From Prevotella sp. (GTDB taxonomy: Bacteria; Bacteroidota; Bacteroidia; Bacteroidales; Dysgonomonadaceae): a stretch of DNA of 41,230 nucleotides. Each line of letters starts with the position of its first letter. Within the stretch, counting starts at the first letter, position 1. The DNA lies in assembly GCA_031285625.1 (NCBI GenBank), contig JAITVV010000009.1:1-41230 (forward strand), read 5' to 3'. The translations under genes were made by a program, and so were the position numbers. The notes beneath the pieces are model-generated. The model made no database searches, was not told where the DNA came from, and saw only the letters and a list, made by a program, of their open reading frames with translations. This document shows positions 18,261 through 26,990 of the stretch, one piece after another.

Positions 18261-19811
18261 TTATAGAGGCAGGTTATCGTGTTTTTTAGCAGGATTAACT
18301 TGCTTTTTAGTTCTTAGCTGTTCCAAAGCACGGATAACACGGAAACGAGTGTTACGTGGTTCGATAACATCATCAATATAACCATAACGAGCAGCATTGA
18401 AAGGATTGCAGAATAGTTTGTTATATTCTTCTTTCTTAGCAGCAAGAGCTTCAGCCGGATTGGCAGAATCTTTGATTTCTTTAGCATAAAGCACTTCAGC
18501 AGCACCATCAGCACCCATTACTGCAATTTCAGCAGTTGGCCATGCATAGTTGATGTCTCCACGAAGTTGTTTGCAACTCATTACAATGTGAGAACCTCCG
18601 TAAGATTTACGCAGAGTTACAGTTACTTTAGGTACTGTAGCTTCACCATAAGCATAAAGAAGTTTTGCTCCATGAGTAATAACACCACCATATTCCTGTC
18701 CCGTTCCAGGTAGGAATCCAGGTACATCTACCAGTGTTACTAATGGAATATTGAACGCATCGCAGAAACGTACAAAACGGGCAGCTTTGCGTGACGCATT
18801 GATGTCTAGTACACCAGCAAGATATTTAGGCTGGTTTGCAACAACACCTACAGATTGTCCGTTCATGCGGGCAAAACCGATAATGATGTTTTTCGCATAA
18901 TTTCCATGTACTTCAAGGAACTCTCCATTATCTACCACTGCTCCGATAACATCAAACATATCATATGGTTTGTTTGGATTATCAGGGATGATTTCATTTA
19001 GGGAATCTTCCATTCTCGCAATTGGGTCAGTACACTCTTTGCGAGGCGCTTCTTCCATATTATTCTGAGGAAGGAAGCTATATAAATGGCGGATAAGAGC
19101 CAGACCATCATCTTCATTTGCTACAGAGAAGTGGGCAACACCTGATTTGGTAGTGTGTACACTTGCACCTCCCAACTCTTCCTGGGTTACATCTTCACCT
19201 GTTACTGTTTTTACCACTTTAGGACCAGTAAGGAACATATAAGATGTACCTTCAGTCATAAGGGTAAAGTCAGTCAATGCCGGAGAATAAACTGCACCAC
19301 CGGCACAAGGTCCGAAGATACCGGATATTTGAGGTATTACCCCTGATGCAAGGATATTACGTTGGAATATCTCAGCATATCCTGCTAAAGCATTTACACC
19401 TTCCTGGATACGTGCACCACCTGAATCGTTGATGCCGATTACCGGAGCGCCTACTTTCATAGCCATATCCATTACTTTGCATATCTTCAATGCCATAGTT
19501 TCGGAAAGTGATCCGCCGATAACTGTAAAGTCTTGTGCGAAAATATAGACTAAGCGTCCATCGATAGTACCACAACCTGTAACAACACCATCACCAAGGA
19601 ACTTTTGTTTGTCCATTCCAAAGTTTGTACTACGATGTTCAACGAACATGTCGAATTCTTCGAAACTACCTTCATCAACTAAGATAGCGATGCGTTCGCG
19701 TGCTGTGTATTTGCCTTTTGCATGCTGAGCTTCAATTCTTTTCTCCCCTCCACCAAGGCGAGCTTTTGCACGAAGTTCTATCAGCTCTTTTACTTTTTCA
19801 AGTTGGCCCAT
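18261..19811 (-). CDS. acyl-CoA carboxyltransferase (methylmalonyl-CoA decarboxylase alpha / propionyl-CoA carboxylase beta)
   Basis: [38 protein letters not shown]. Confidence 0.95.
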   Translation of the reverse strand: MGQLEKVKELIELRAKARLGGGEKRIEAQHAKGKYTARERIAILVDEGSFEEFDMFVEHRSTNFGMDKQKFLGDGVVTGCGTIDGRLVYIFAQDFTVIGGSLSETMALKICKVMDMAMKVGAPVIGINDSGGARIQEGVNALAGYAEIFQRNILASGVIPQISGIFGPCAGGAVYSPALTDFTLMTEGTSYMFLTGPKVVKTVTGEDVTQEELGGASVHTTKSGVAHFSVANEDDGLALIRHLYSFLPQNNMEEAPRKECTDPIARMEDSLNEIIPDNPNKPYDMFDVIGAVVDNGEFLEVHGNYAKNIIIGFARMNGQSVGVVANQPKYLAGVLDINASRKAARFVRFCDAFNIPLVTLVDVPGFLPGTGQEYGGVITHGAKLLYAYGEATVPKVTVTLRKSYGGSHIVMSCKQLRGDINYAWPTAEIAVMGADGAAEVLYAKEIKDSANPAEALAAKKEEYNKLFCNPFNAARYGYIDDVIEPRNTRFRVIRALEQLRTKKQVNPAKKHDNLPL

Positions 19812-19854
19812 GTTTTAATATTTTAGATTCTAATAAATTTTTGATCTATAATGC

Positions 19855-19895
19855 AAAAATGACTCTACTTCATTTGATTTAATGAGTAAAGTCAT
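19855..19895 (-). terminator. internal hairpin with U-run between mce and carboxyltransferase
   Basis: Minus strand atgactttactcatt-aaatca-aatgaagtagagtcat then tttt. Confidence 0.5.
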
Positions 19896-19907
19896 GTGCT
19901 TGCTATT

Positions 19908-20321
19908 TTATTTTTTTGGTACTTCACAAAGTTCTGTAAGGACGCTGCCTGTAGATTTTGGGTGAAGGAATGCGATATCTAATCCTTCTGCTCCTCGGCG
20001 TGGTGCTTTATCGATAAGTTGAACACCTTTAGCTTCTACTTCGGCAAGAGCATTAGCTACACCATCCTGAACACACCATGCAATATGATGGATTCCTTCT
20101 CCTCTTTTCTCGATAAATTTAGCGATTGTGCTGTCTGGGCTTGTTGGCTCAAGTAGCTCAATTTTTGTTTGTCCAACCTTAAAGAATGCTGTTTTTACTT
20201 TTTGGTCTTCAACAACTTCTACACTATAGCATTTTAGACCTAAAACGCCTTCATAATAAGGTAGTTGTTCTTCTATGCTTTTTACAGCAATACCTAAATG
20301 TTCAATGTGTGAAATATCCAT
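19908..20321 (-). CDS. mce: methylmalonyl-CoA epimerase
   Basis: IEHLGIAV, KIELLEP, GEGIHHIA, FLHPKS..VLTELCE; TACCTTTG at 20359-20366 (minus). Confidence 0.96.
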   Translation of the reverse strand: MDISHIEHLGIAVKSIEEQLPYYEGVLGLKCYSVEVVEDQKVKTAFFKVGQTKIELLEPTSPDSTIAKFIEKRGEGIHHIAWCVQDGVANALAEVEAKGVQLIDKAPRRGAEGLDIAFLHPKSTGSVLTELCEVPKK

Positions 20322-20601
20322 GATTTATCTGAATAAAAAGTTATTATTTAGTTCGGCGCAAAGGTACTATTAAATTATAAGACAAAGAAATTAAAATAAT
20401 AAAAAAACTTATTTTGTGCACAAAACTTTTGAAAGTGTGCAGTATTGGAAATATGCTATCAGAATGATCTATATTTCAGAAATGAAGTATATGATGTTTG
20501 TATTAATAACCAATTTTAATGATTGTTAGTAAAATATTTATACTCCATCTTTAAATACATGTATTTTTATATTTTTATTATGTTAAAATGAAGAATTAGG
20601 A

Positions 20602-20626
20602 GAACAAAGTGCTTTTTAGGCGCGTT
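20602..20626 (+). promoter_or_regulatory. candidate ECF promoter GAAC-N17-CGTT
   Basis: gaacaaagtgctttttaggcgcgtt upstream of ORF 20672; same GAACAAA..CGTT spacing as 38062-38086. Confidence 0.45.
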
Positions 20627-20671
20627 ATAAATAATGTCCATTGAAGTCTCATCTTTTAAAGTAGTAGTCCT

Positions 20672-20932
20672 ATGAAGTTAAAAGTCACTTTAAAAGTCGG
20701 GGATATTTTATATAGAGTAGACCCCAGAAAATTGTCAATAAAGGTATTTCGAATCACTCCCGATGAAGAGGTAAATTATACTACGACTACGTATGAGAAT
20801 TTCTCTTTACCATGTGAGAAAAGAAGGTTTCAGTTGCCATTTGACAAATTCCCATTTGAGTTTAAAGGTCTTTTATATTTTCTAAAAGAAGAAGAGGCTA
20901 ATGATTATATTAAAACTCAAATAGGGATGTAA
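20672..20932 (+). CDS. hypothetical protein (86 aa)
   Basis: ATG-initiated ORF in an otherwise empty gap, with candidate promoter before and hairpin after; no family recognised. Confidence 0.6.
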   Translation: MKLKVTLKVGDILYRVDPRKLSIKVFRITPDEEVNYTTTTYENFSLPCEKRRFQLPFDKFPFEFKGLLYFLKEEEANDYIKTQIGM

Positions 20933-21044
20933 ATGTTTGCGTTGCGGTTACAATTGTTACTAACAATTTTATTTTTGGAATAATAAAGGCTATCATAAAT
21001 TGAAGTGAACCCTAAAAGTTAGACAAACTTTTAGGGTTTATTTT

Positions 21045-21578
21045 ATGTATAAAAAGAAACGTAACAAATTTAGTATTGCAGATCGCGAACGAGCGGTTCT
21101 GCTGGTTTTAAATGAAGGTCATAGCTATAGCTCTGTAGCCCGGATGCTGTCTACAAGCGATCGTTTAATTAGCCGTTAGGTATCCAGTTACAAACGACAT
21201 GGAGTATCGGGGTTATCTTTAAGAAATCATATTCATTATAATAGCGATTTTAAACTATCTCTGGTTAAAGATATGTTAGCAAATCATTTATCTTTGCATC
21301 AAATATCAACAAAATATCGCATAACAGATACTCTCATCTTAAAGTGGAAAAAAGAGTATGAAAGGTTTGGAGTATCAGCATTGTATGAAGAAAAGCCACG
21401 AGGCAGACCTGTTAAGATGAAAAAGCAAAAGAAGCCTACCCAAAAACAAAAAATCTCATCAGATCCTTATCAGGAACTACTCGATGAAAATCTTCGTCTT
21501 CGCATAGAAAACGAGTACCTAAAAAAGTTGCAAGCCTTAACACAGAAAGACAAAGGGCGCAAGCCATCCAGGAGTTAA
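21045..21578 (+). pseudogene. IS3 OrfA (double HTH) with in-frame TAG
   Basis: MYKKKRNKFS... interrupted by TAG at 21177-21179 (RLISR*VSSY, likely TGG Trp); continues to LRIENEYLKKL; A-AAA-AAG slippery site at 21521-21527. Confidence 0.85.
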
Positions 21579-22397
21579 GGCATACTTTTCCTCTTTCAAC
21601 AATATTGGAAGTGGCAGGGATGGCTAGAAGTACATTTTATTATCACAAAAAACGATTTAATAGAGCAGATAAATATTCTCAAGAAAAGAAAATCCTTTCA
21701 GCTATTTTCCATAAGAATAAAGGGAGGTATGGTTACAGAAGGATTACCGCTGCAATACGTAATCAGGGATATACAATAAATCATAAGACGGTTTATAAGC
21801 TCATGGCAGAACTGGAACTTAAATCTTTAGTCAGGAAGAAAAGATACCGTTCTTATAAAGGGGAAGTTGGAAGAATTGTTCCTAATATATTGGAACGTAA
21901 CTTTAAAACAGACAGACCCAATAAAAAATGGGCTACCGATGTAACTGAATTTTCATTATTTGGAGTAAAACTATATTTATCTCCTATAATTGACTTATAT
22001 AATGGAGATTGTCAGTTTCAATATCGCTGATCATCCAACCTTAGAACAAACCATCGATATGATCGAAAAAGCATTTATGAAAATACCTGATAATAGCAAT
22101 CTGGTTTTACATTCTGATCAAGGATGGCAGTATCAGCACCAAAATTATCAATATCGCCTTAGAAAGAAAGGTGTTATACAAAGTATGCCCAGAAAAGGGA
22201 ATTGTTTAGATAATGCTGTTATTGAAAATTTCTTTGGACATTTGAAATCTGAACTGTTATATTTGCAGAAGTTTGATTCAATTGAACACTTCAAAAAAGA
22301 GCTTCAAGAATATATCTATTATTATAACAATGACAGAATCAAACTGTCGTTAAATGGAATGAGCCCGGTTAAATACCGAACTCATTCTAAATATTAA
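21527..22397 (+). pseudogene. IS3 OrfB DDE transposase with frameshift
   Basis: -1 frame open from slippery site; YGYRRIT, WATDVTEF, then frameshift near 22005-22010 (LYNG/EIVSF); HSDQG, GNCLDNAVIENFFGHLKSE. Confidence 0.85.
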
Positions 22398-22519
22398 ATA
22401 TTTAATCTGTCCAACTTTTAGGGGCTAGTTCACGACGAGATAGCCTTTTTATTTTACAAATTTTATTCATAAGAATAATTATTTCATTTATTTTATTGGA
22501 TAATCCAAAATAATCTATT

Positions 22520-22538
22520 TACTTTGTATTTCAAAGTA
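22520..22538. promoter_or_regulatory. palindromic operator candidate ACTTTG-TATTT-CAAAGT
   Basis: Palindrome directly before ATG 22543; near-identical copy at 23470. Confidence 0.6.
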
Positions 22539-22542
22539 GAAT

Positions 22543-23151
22543 ATGATGGATGCAAATTTGGATGATATAAAACACATACGTTCCATGATGGAGCGTTCAA
22601 GTAAATTCTTATCAATAAGTGGGATGTCGGGTGTCCTTGCCGGAACTTTTGCCATTATTGGTGCTATATTAGCCCATTTTGTTTTAGAGGGAAAACTCTC
22701 TTTCACACATTCATTGCTATACGATCTTATTTTGATAGCGGTAGTTGTTTTAGTTAGTGCAATCTCTGTGGGTTTGGCTTTCTCTGTTCGTAAAGCCAGG
22801 AAGAGTAATTCGAAGCTATGGATGCCGGTGACATTACAGATCGCTAAAGATTTCAGTGTGCCATTGGTTGTGGGCGGGCTATTATGTATTATTCTTATTA
22901 CTAAGAATATATCTTTTATGGTTGCTCCTTGTATGTTAATATTCTATGGTTTGGGGCTTATTGCTGCAGGTTCACGTACTTTTCGCGATGTAAAGATATT
23001 AGGTGCATGTGAAATCGTGTTAGGGCTTGCTGCTGCAGTAGTCGTTGGTTATGATCTTATATTCTGGGGAGTTGGTTTTGGTGTTTTACATGTTGTGTAT
23101 GGCATTCTGATCTATTACAAATATGACATGAAGTCGGAAAATAACGGTTGA
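22543..23151 (+). CDS. multi-pass membrane protein
   Basis: IRSMMERSSKFLSISGMSG then about 6 hydrophobic helices; coupled to wHTH gene. Confidence 0.85.
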   Translation: MMDANLDDIKHIRSMMERSSKFLSISGMSGVLAGTFAIIGAILAHFVLEGKLSFTHSLLYDLILIAVVVLVSAISVGLAFSVRKARKSNSKLWMPVTLQIAKDFSVPLVVGGLLCIILITKNISFMVAPCMLIFYGLGLIAAGSRTFRDVKILGACEIVLGLAAAVVVGYDLIFWGVGFGVLHVVYGILIYYKYDMKSENNG

Positions 23152-23453
23152 TTATGAAGGATATTATATCAGGATTGAATAAGATCTTCGACAGCCGTGT
23201 ACGTTTGGGAATAATGTCGGTGCTGATCGTAAATGATAGTGTAGATTTCAATACCATGAAAGAATTGCTTGATGTCACCGATGGTAATCTGGCCAGTCAT
23301 CTTAAGGCATTGGAGAAAGAGTCTGTCATAGAAGTGAAGAAGCAATTTTTGGGCCGTAAACCGAATACTTCATATAAGGTGACACTTCTGGGTGAAAAAC
23401 TCTTTAAAGAACATATTGATGCACTTGAAAAACTACTTAATCCCTTGTCTTAA
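23148..23453 (+). CDS. winged-helix transcriptional regulator (ArsR/MarR-like)
   Basis: RVRLGIMSVL..DFNTMKELLDVTDGNLASHLKALE..GRKPNTSY; start may be ATG 23154. Confidence 0.88.
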   Translation: MIMKDIISGLNKIFDSRVRLGIMSVLIVNDSVDFNTMKELLDVTDGNLASHLKALEKESVIEVKKQFLGRKPNTSYKVTLLGEKLFKEHIDALEKLLNPLS

Positions 23454-23469
23454 ATTTTTTTATTTATAC

Positions 23470-23485
23470 ACTTTGAATTTCAAAG
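23470..23485. promoter_or_regulatory. palindromic operator candidate ACTTTGAATTTCAAAG
   Basis: 15/16 identical to 22521-22536; upstream of creD. Confidence 0.6.
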
Positions 23486-23518
23486 AACTTTTATTTAATA
23501 TATTTAATTCAAACATTT

Positions 23519-24901
23519 ATGAAAACAAACTTTGGTACCGGTGTAGATATGATTTTTGTGAAAGTCATAGTGGTTGCGGTTTTGGTCGTTGTTATGCTAT
23601 TACCTATAAATCTTATAAAGTCGTTGGTTGAAGAACGTGAGGGTAACGAGAAAGCCGTGCAGGACGAGATAAGTCAGAAATGGGGTGGAAGACAAAAAGT
23701 ATCGGGACCCGTATTGGTGTTACCGTATCAGACAGGAATGGATAAGAATCAGAATCCTATTATTAGTTATGCATATTTTTTTCCGGATGAATTTAAGGTA
23801 GATGGTGATGTAAATACAGAAGAGCGCTCACGTACACTTTTTAAGACATTAGTTTATCAGTCGAGTCTCCATGTAAGCGGAAAGTTTTCCTTACCTGATT
23901 ATGCTAAATTGAATATCAGACAGGAACAGGTACATTGGGATGATGCTTTTGTGCTGATTGGAGTTTCATACTTGCAGGGAATAAAAAATAAAGTTGTATT
24001 CAATGTCAATGGTAAGCCGCAATCTGTGCAGCCCGGAGTAAAAAATAACAGTTTTATCGAATCTGGTCTTACTGTGAATATGCCGGTTGATCCAACGACT
24101 CTTAGTTATGATTTCAATTTTGATCTGGCGTTGAATGGAAGTGAGGGGCTTTACTTTACACCTGTAGGTAAGGAGAGTAATATTCATCTTAAATCTGCGT
24201 GGAAGACAGTATCATTTGATGGCAATTTCTTACCATCGGATCGCACTATTGGCAATGAAGGTTTTGATGCCAAATGGGATGTTTTCGATTATAACCGAAA
24301 CTATGTGCAAATGTGGGTGGGTGATAACGAAGTGATAAAATCATCAACTTTAGGTGTAGATATGAAATTCCCGGTTGAGAAATACCAGATGACAATGAGA
24401 TCTGTAAAATATGCTATCATGTTTATTGTACTAACATTTGTTGTATTCTTTTTAGTCGAACTCTTGAGCCGCAAACGTATCCATCCTGTACAATATTTAC
24501 TGGTAAGTTGTGCTTTAGTTATTTTCTATACATTACTATTAGCCTTATCAGAACAACTTGATTTTCATCTTTCATATCTGATATCGGCATTTGCTACAAC
24601 GGCTCTCATTACAGCCTATTCCACTACTATGTTTAAGAATATAAAGCAAACAGCCATGATGGGAGTATTTCTTTCCGGTTTGTACATCTATTTATATATC
24701 ATTCTTCAGCAAGAAAGCTTATCCTTGTTATTTGGTGCAATAGGATTGTTTGTTGCTCTGGCTACCGTAATGTTTGTTTTACGTAAGGTAAACTGGTACA
24801 AAGATGAAGAAGATGTCGATAAGCCCGAAATGATAGAAATAAATCAAGACGACAATGATATTCCACCTGTATATATACCAAAAGATGATAATGTAAATTA
24901 A
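23519..24901 (+). CDS. creD: inner membrane protein CreD
   Basis: WGGRQKVSGPVLVLPY, SFDGNFLP, RSVKYAIMFIVLTF, IHPVQYLLV..LLLALSE. Confidence 0.9.
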   Translation: MKTNFGTGVDMIFVKVIVVAVLVVVMLLPINLIKSLVEEREGNEKAVQDEISQKWGGRQKVSGPVLVLPYQTGMDKNQNPIISYAYFFPDEFKVDGDVNTEERSRTLFKTLVYQSSLHVSGKFSLPDYAKLNIRQEQVHWDDAFVLIGVSYLQGIKNKVVFNVNGKPQSVQPGVKNNSFIESGLTVNMPVDPTTLSYDFNFDLALNGSEGLYFTPVGKESNIHLKSAWKTVSFDGNFLPSDRTIGNEGFDAKWDVFDYNRNYVQMWVGDNEVIKSSTLGVDMKFPVEKYQMTMRSVKYAIMFIVLTFVVFFLVELLSRKRIHPVQYLLVSCALVIFYTLLLALSEQLDFHLSYLISAFATTALITAYSTTMFKNIKQTAMMGVFLSGLYIYLYIILQQESLSLLFGAIGLFVALATVMFVLRKVNWYKDEEDVDKPEMIEINQDDNDIPPVYIPKDDNVN

Positions 24902-24920
24902 GTTTAGTTTTTATTTCATT

Positions 24921-24958
24921 AAAGCGTGAATAACATATCTTGCGTTATTCACGCTTTT
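24921..24958 (+). terminator. intrinsic terminator after creD
   Basis: aaagcgtgaataac-N9-gttattcacgcttt, 14-bp stem. Confidence 0.8.
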
Positions 24959-25018
24959 ACTTTTTATATAATTTATTATCTTTGCTAAATTGAATGTAAT
25001 TGATCTAATACCATAAAA

Positions 25019-26257
25019 ATGCAATCAAAACAGTTTGTGCTTATTTCTTTCCTCCTGATACTTGCAACAGCTTGTGTGAATAAAAATACTGAAAAAGAAA
25101 ACTTTATAAATGAGAATATAGAATTTGCTTCTACGCAGACAGATAAAATGTTGCAGGCAGTGGGAGAACCAACAGGGAAGAACTATCCGCGTACGATGAA
25201 AGACAACGGAGAACTAGTGGTTACAAATATGTATGACTGGACTCCCGGCTTTTTCCCCGGATCGTTATGGTATTTGTATGAACTTACAGGGGATACCAAG
25301 TGGAGGGATGTTGCTGAAAAGTGGACCCTTTCTTTAGAGCCTCTCAAAACATTTACTGATCACCATGATCTGGGTTTTATGATGTATTGTAGTTATGGTA
25401 ATGCCGAACGTTTGGCTTCAAAACCTGAATATAAAGATATTTTGATTGAGAGCGCAAACTCTTTATCCACTCGTTTTAGTGATAAGACAGATGCTATTAA
25501 GTCGTGGAATAACTTTTCTACATGGGATGATAGTTTCAAATCTTCATATCCGGTAATTATAGATAATATGATGAATCTGGAGATGTTATTTTATGCATCT
25601 AAAGTAACGGGTAATAAGAAATATTATGATATTGCAGTAAAACACTCTGATACAACTATGAAAAATCAATTCAGGGATGATTATACAACATATCATGTCG
25701 TTTCGTATGATACGATTTCAGGTAAAGCTGTAAATAAGGCTACGGCTCAGGGATTTAGCGATAATTCTACATGGGCCAGGGGGCAAGCTTGGGCTATTTA
25801 TGGATTTACGATGGTGTATCGTGAGACTAAAGATCGAAAATATCTGGATGTTGCCACAAAAGCAGCAGATATATACTTGAAGAATTTAGCGGAAGACCTG
25901 GTTCCTGTATGGGACTTTAATGTTGGGGAGGAAGGTTATCTTCCGGGTAGCAGATCATATGCTGTAGGGTTTCAGGAAAAATTGAAGGATACCTCTGCAG
26001 CTGCAATTGTTTGCTCGGCTTTGTTTGAACTGGGTGAACTCTCGGGTAATAAATCTTATACCGATAATGCTATAAAAATGCTTCAGAGCCTTGCTTCTCC
26101 TGCATATAGGGCTGCATTAGGTACGAATGCAAATTTTATTTTGATGCATTGTGTGGGCAGTATACCTCATAAGTTTGAGATAGATAAGCCTTTGGTATAT
26201 GCCGATTATTACTTTCTGGAGGCCCTGACCAGATATAAGAAATTGATTTCAGAATAA
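25019..26257 (+). CDS. GH88 unsaturated glucuronyl hydrolase, lipoprotein
   Basis: Lipobox ATAC; WTPGFFPG, HDLGFM, IIDNMMNL, WARGQAW, DTSAAAI, YADYYFLEAL; TATCTTTG at 24977-24984. Confidence 0.93.
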   Translation: MQSKQFVLISFLLILATACVNKNTEKENFINENIEFASTQTDKMLQAVGEPTGKNYPRTMKDNGELVVTNMYDWTPGFFPGSLWYLYELTGDTKWRDVAEKWTLSLEPLKTFTDHHDLGFMMYCSYGNAERLASKPEYKDILIESANSLSTRFSDKTDAIKSWNNFSTWDDSFKSSYPVIIDNMMNLEMLFYASKVTGNKKYYDIAVKHSDTTMKNQFRDDYTTYHVVSYDTISGKAVNKATAQGFSDNSTWARGQAWAIYGFTMVYRETKDRKYLDVATKAADIYLKNLAEDLVPVWDFNVGEEGYLPGSRSYAVGFQEKLKDTSAAAIVCSALFELGELSGNKSYTDNAIKMLQSLASPAYRAALGTNANFILMHCVGSIPHKFEIDKPLVYADYYFLEALTRYKKLISE

Positions 26258-26269
26258 TATTTTGCAAAC

Positions 26270-26303
26270 AAAAAAGCCTATCTTATCAGATAGTCAGATA
26301 GGC
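26270..26303 (-). terminator. intrinsic terminator
   Basis: gcctatct..agataggc stem with U-run on minus strand. Confidence 0.6.
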
Positions 26304-26327
26304 CTATATATAGTCACTAATTACGAT

Positions 26328-26807
26328 TTAGTATGAAGGCTGTAAGCCTCTTTCGAAAGACTCCGTTATAGTCGCTTCTACAATCTTATCTTTATCAATG
26401 TTCAACTCCTGAGCAATCTCGCTTCGTAGATCGTATTGAACATAAATTAAAGAATCTTCAGTAATAAGTCTCTTTAATCCACGGGAGTCATCTAATGTAG
26501 CATAATTCTTGTCCAGCATTTTAAACTTACCTTTCAATGGATCCGAGTGATCTGTATAATAATAGTAAGTTTTGTCATTTTTAAATTCATAGCTGGTATG
26601 TGATGGTACAACATGTTTTTGTATATATTCGTCCACTTTTTTCTTTAGTACCGGATCTGGAACCGAAACATCTATTTTTGTCTCCATATATATCCAATGC
26701 CCTTCAACATTTCTCGTAGAGAGACTATCATCACCATCGCATGATAGCATCAAGAATCCCAATGAGAGGATTGAGACAAATATATATGTTAAAAATTTCG
26801 CTTTCAC
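26328..26807 (-). CDS. putative lipoprotein (lipocalin-like N-terminal GxW)
   Basis: Signal ending LMLSC, DGDD, VEGHW; GTG 26807 preferred because TACATTTG -7 element overlaps 26832-26839. Confidence 0.7.
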   Translation of the reverse strand: MKAKFLTYIFVSILSLGFLMLSCDGDDSLSTRNVEGHWIYMETKIDVSVPDPVLKKKVDEYIQKHVVPSHTSYEFKNDKTYYYYTDHSDPLKGKFKMLDKNYATLDDSRGLKRLITEDSLIYVQYDLRSEIAQELNIDKDKIVEATITESFERGLQPSY

Positions 26808-26885
26808 AGCTTTAATATTAATATTATTTTGCAAATGTACATATATTAAACGTAAAATTAGCTAAAATGTTATGTCATTTTTAAG

Positions 26886-26920
26886 AAAAAATCGGATAAA
26901 AAAGTTTTTTTCATCCGATT
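26886..26920 (-). terminator. terminator after long PspC gene
   Basis: Minus strand aatcggatgaaaaa..tttttatccgatt then U-run. Confidence 0.7.
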
Positions 26921-26990
26921 CATCCACAATCAATGTAAAATCCAATCTTTTATCTAAAAAACAACCTAAAAAAGATATTCTATTATGACC

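Larger units (their letters stand above)
21001..22432 (+). mobile_element. IS3-family (IS150-like) insertion sequence, decayed
   Basis: TG...CA ends; terminal IRs tgaagtgaaccctaaaagttagaca and tgtccaacttttaggggctagttca (20/25 match); 1432 bp; orfA/orfB layout. Confidence 0.92.

Noticed and set aside
21177-21179. In-frame TAG in IS orfA as stop-codon recoding
   Set aside because: TAG terminates normal genes in this window (e.g. 1964-1966), and the IS has a second independent lesion, so decay is the simpler explanation
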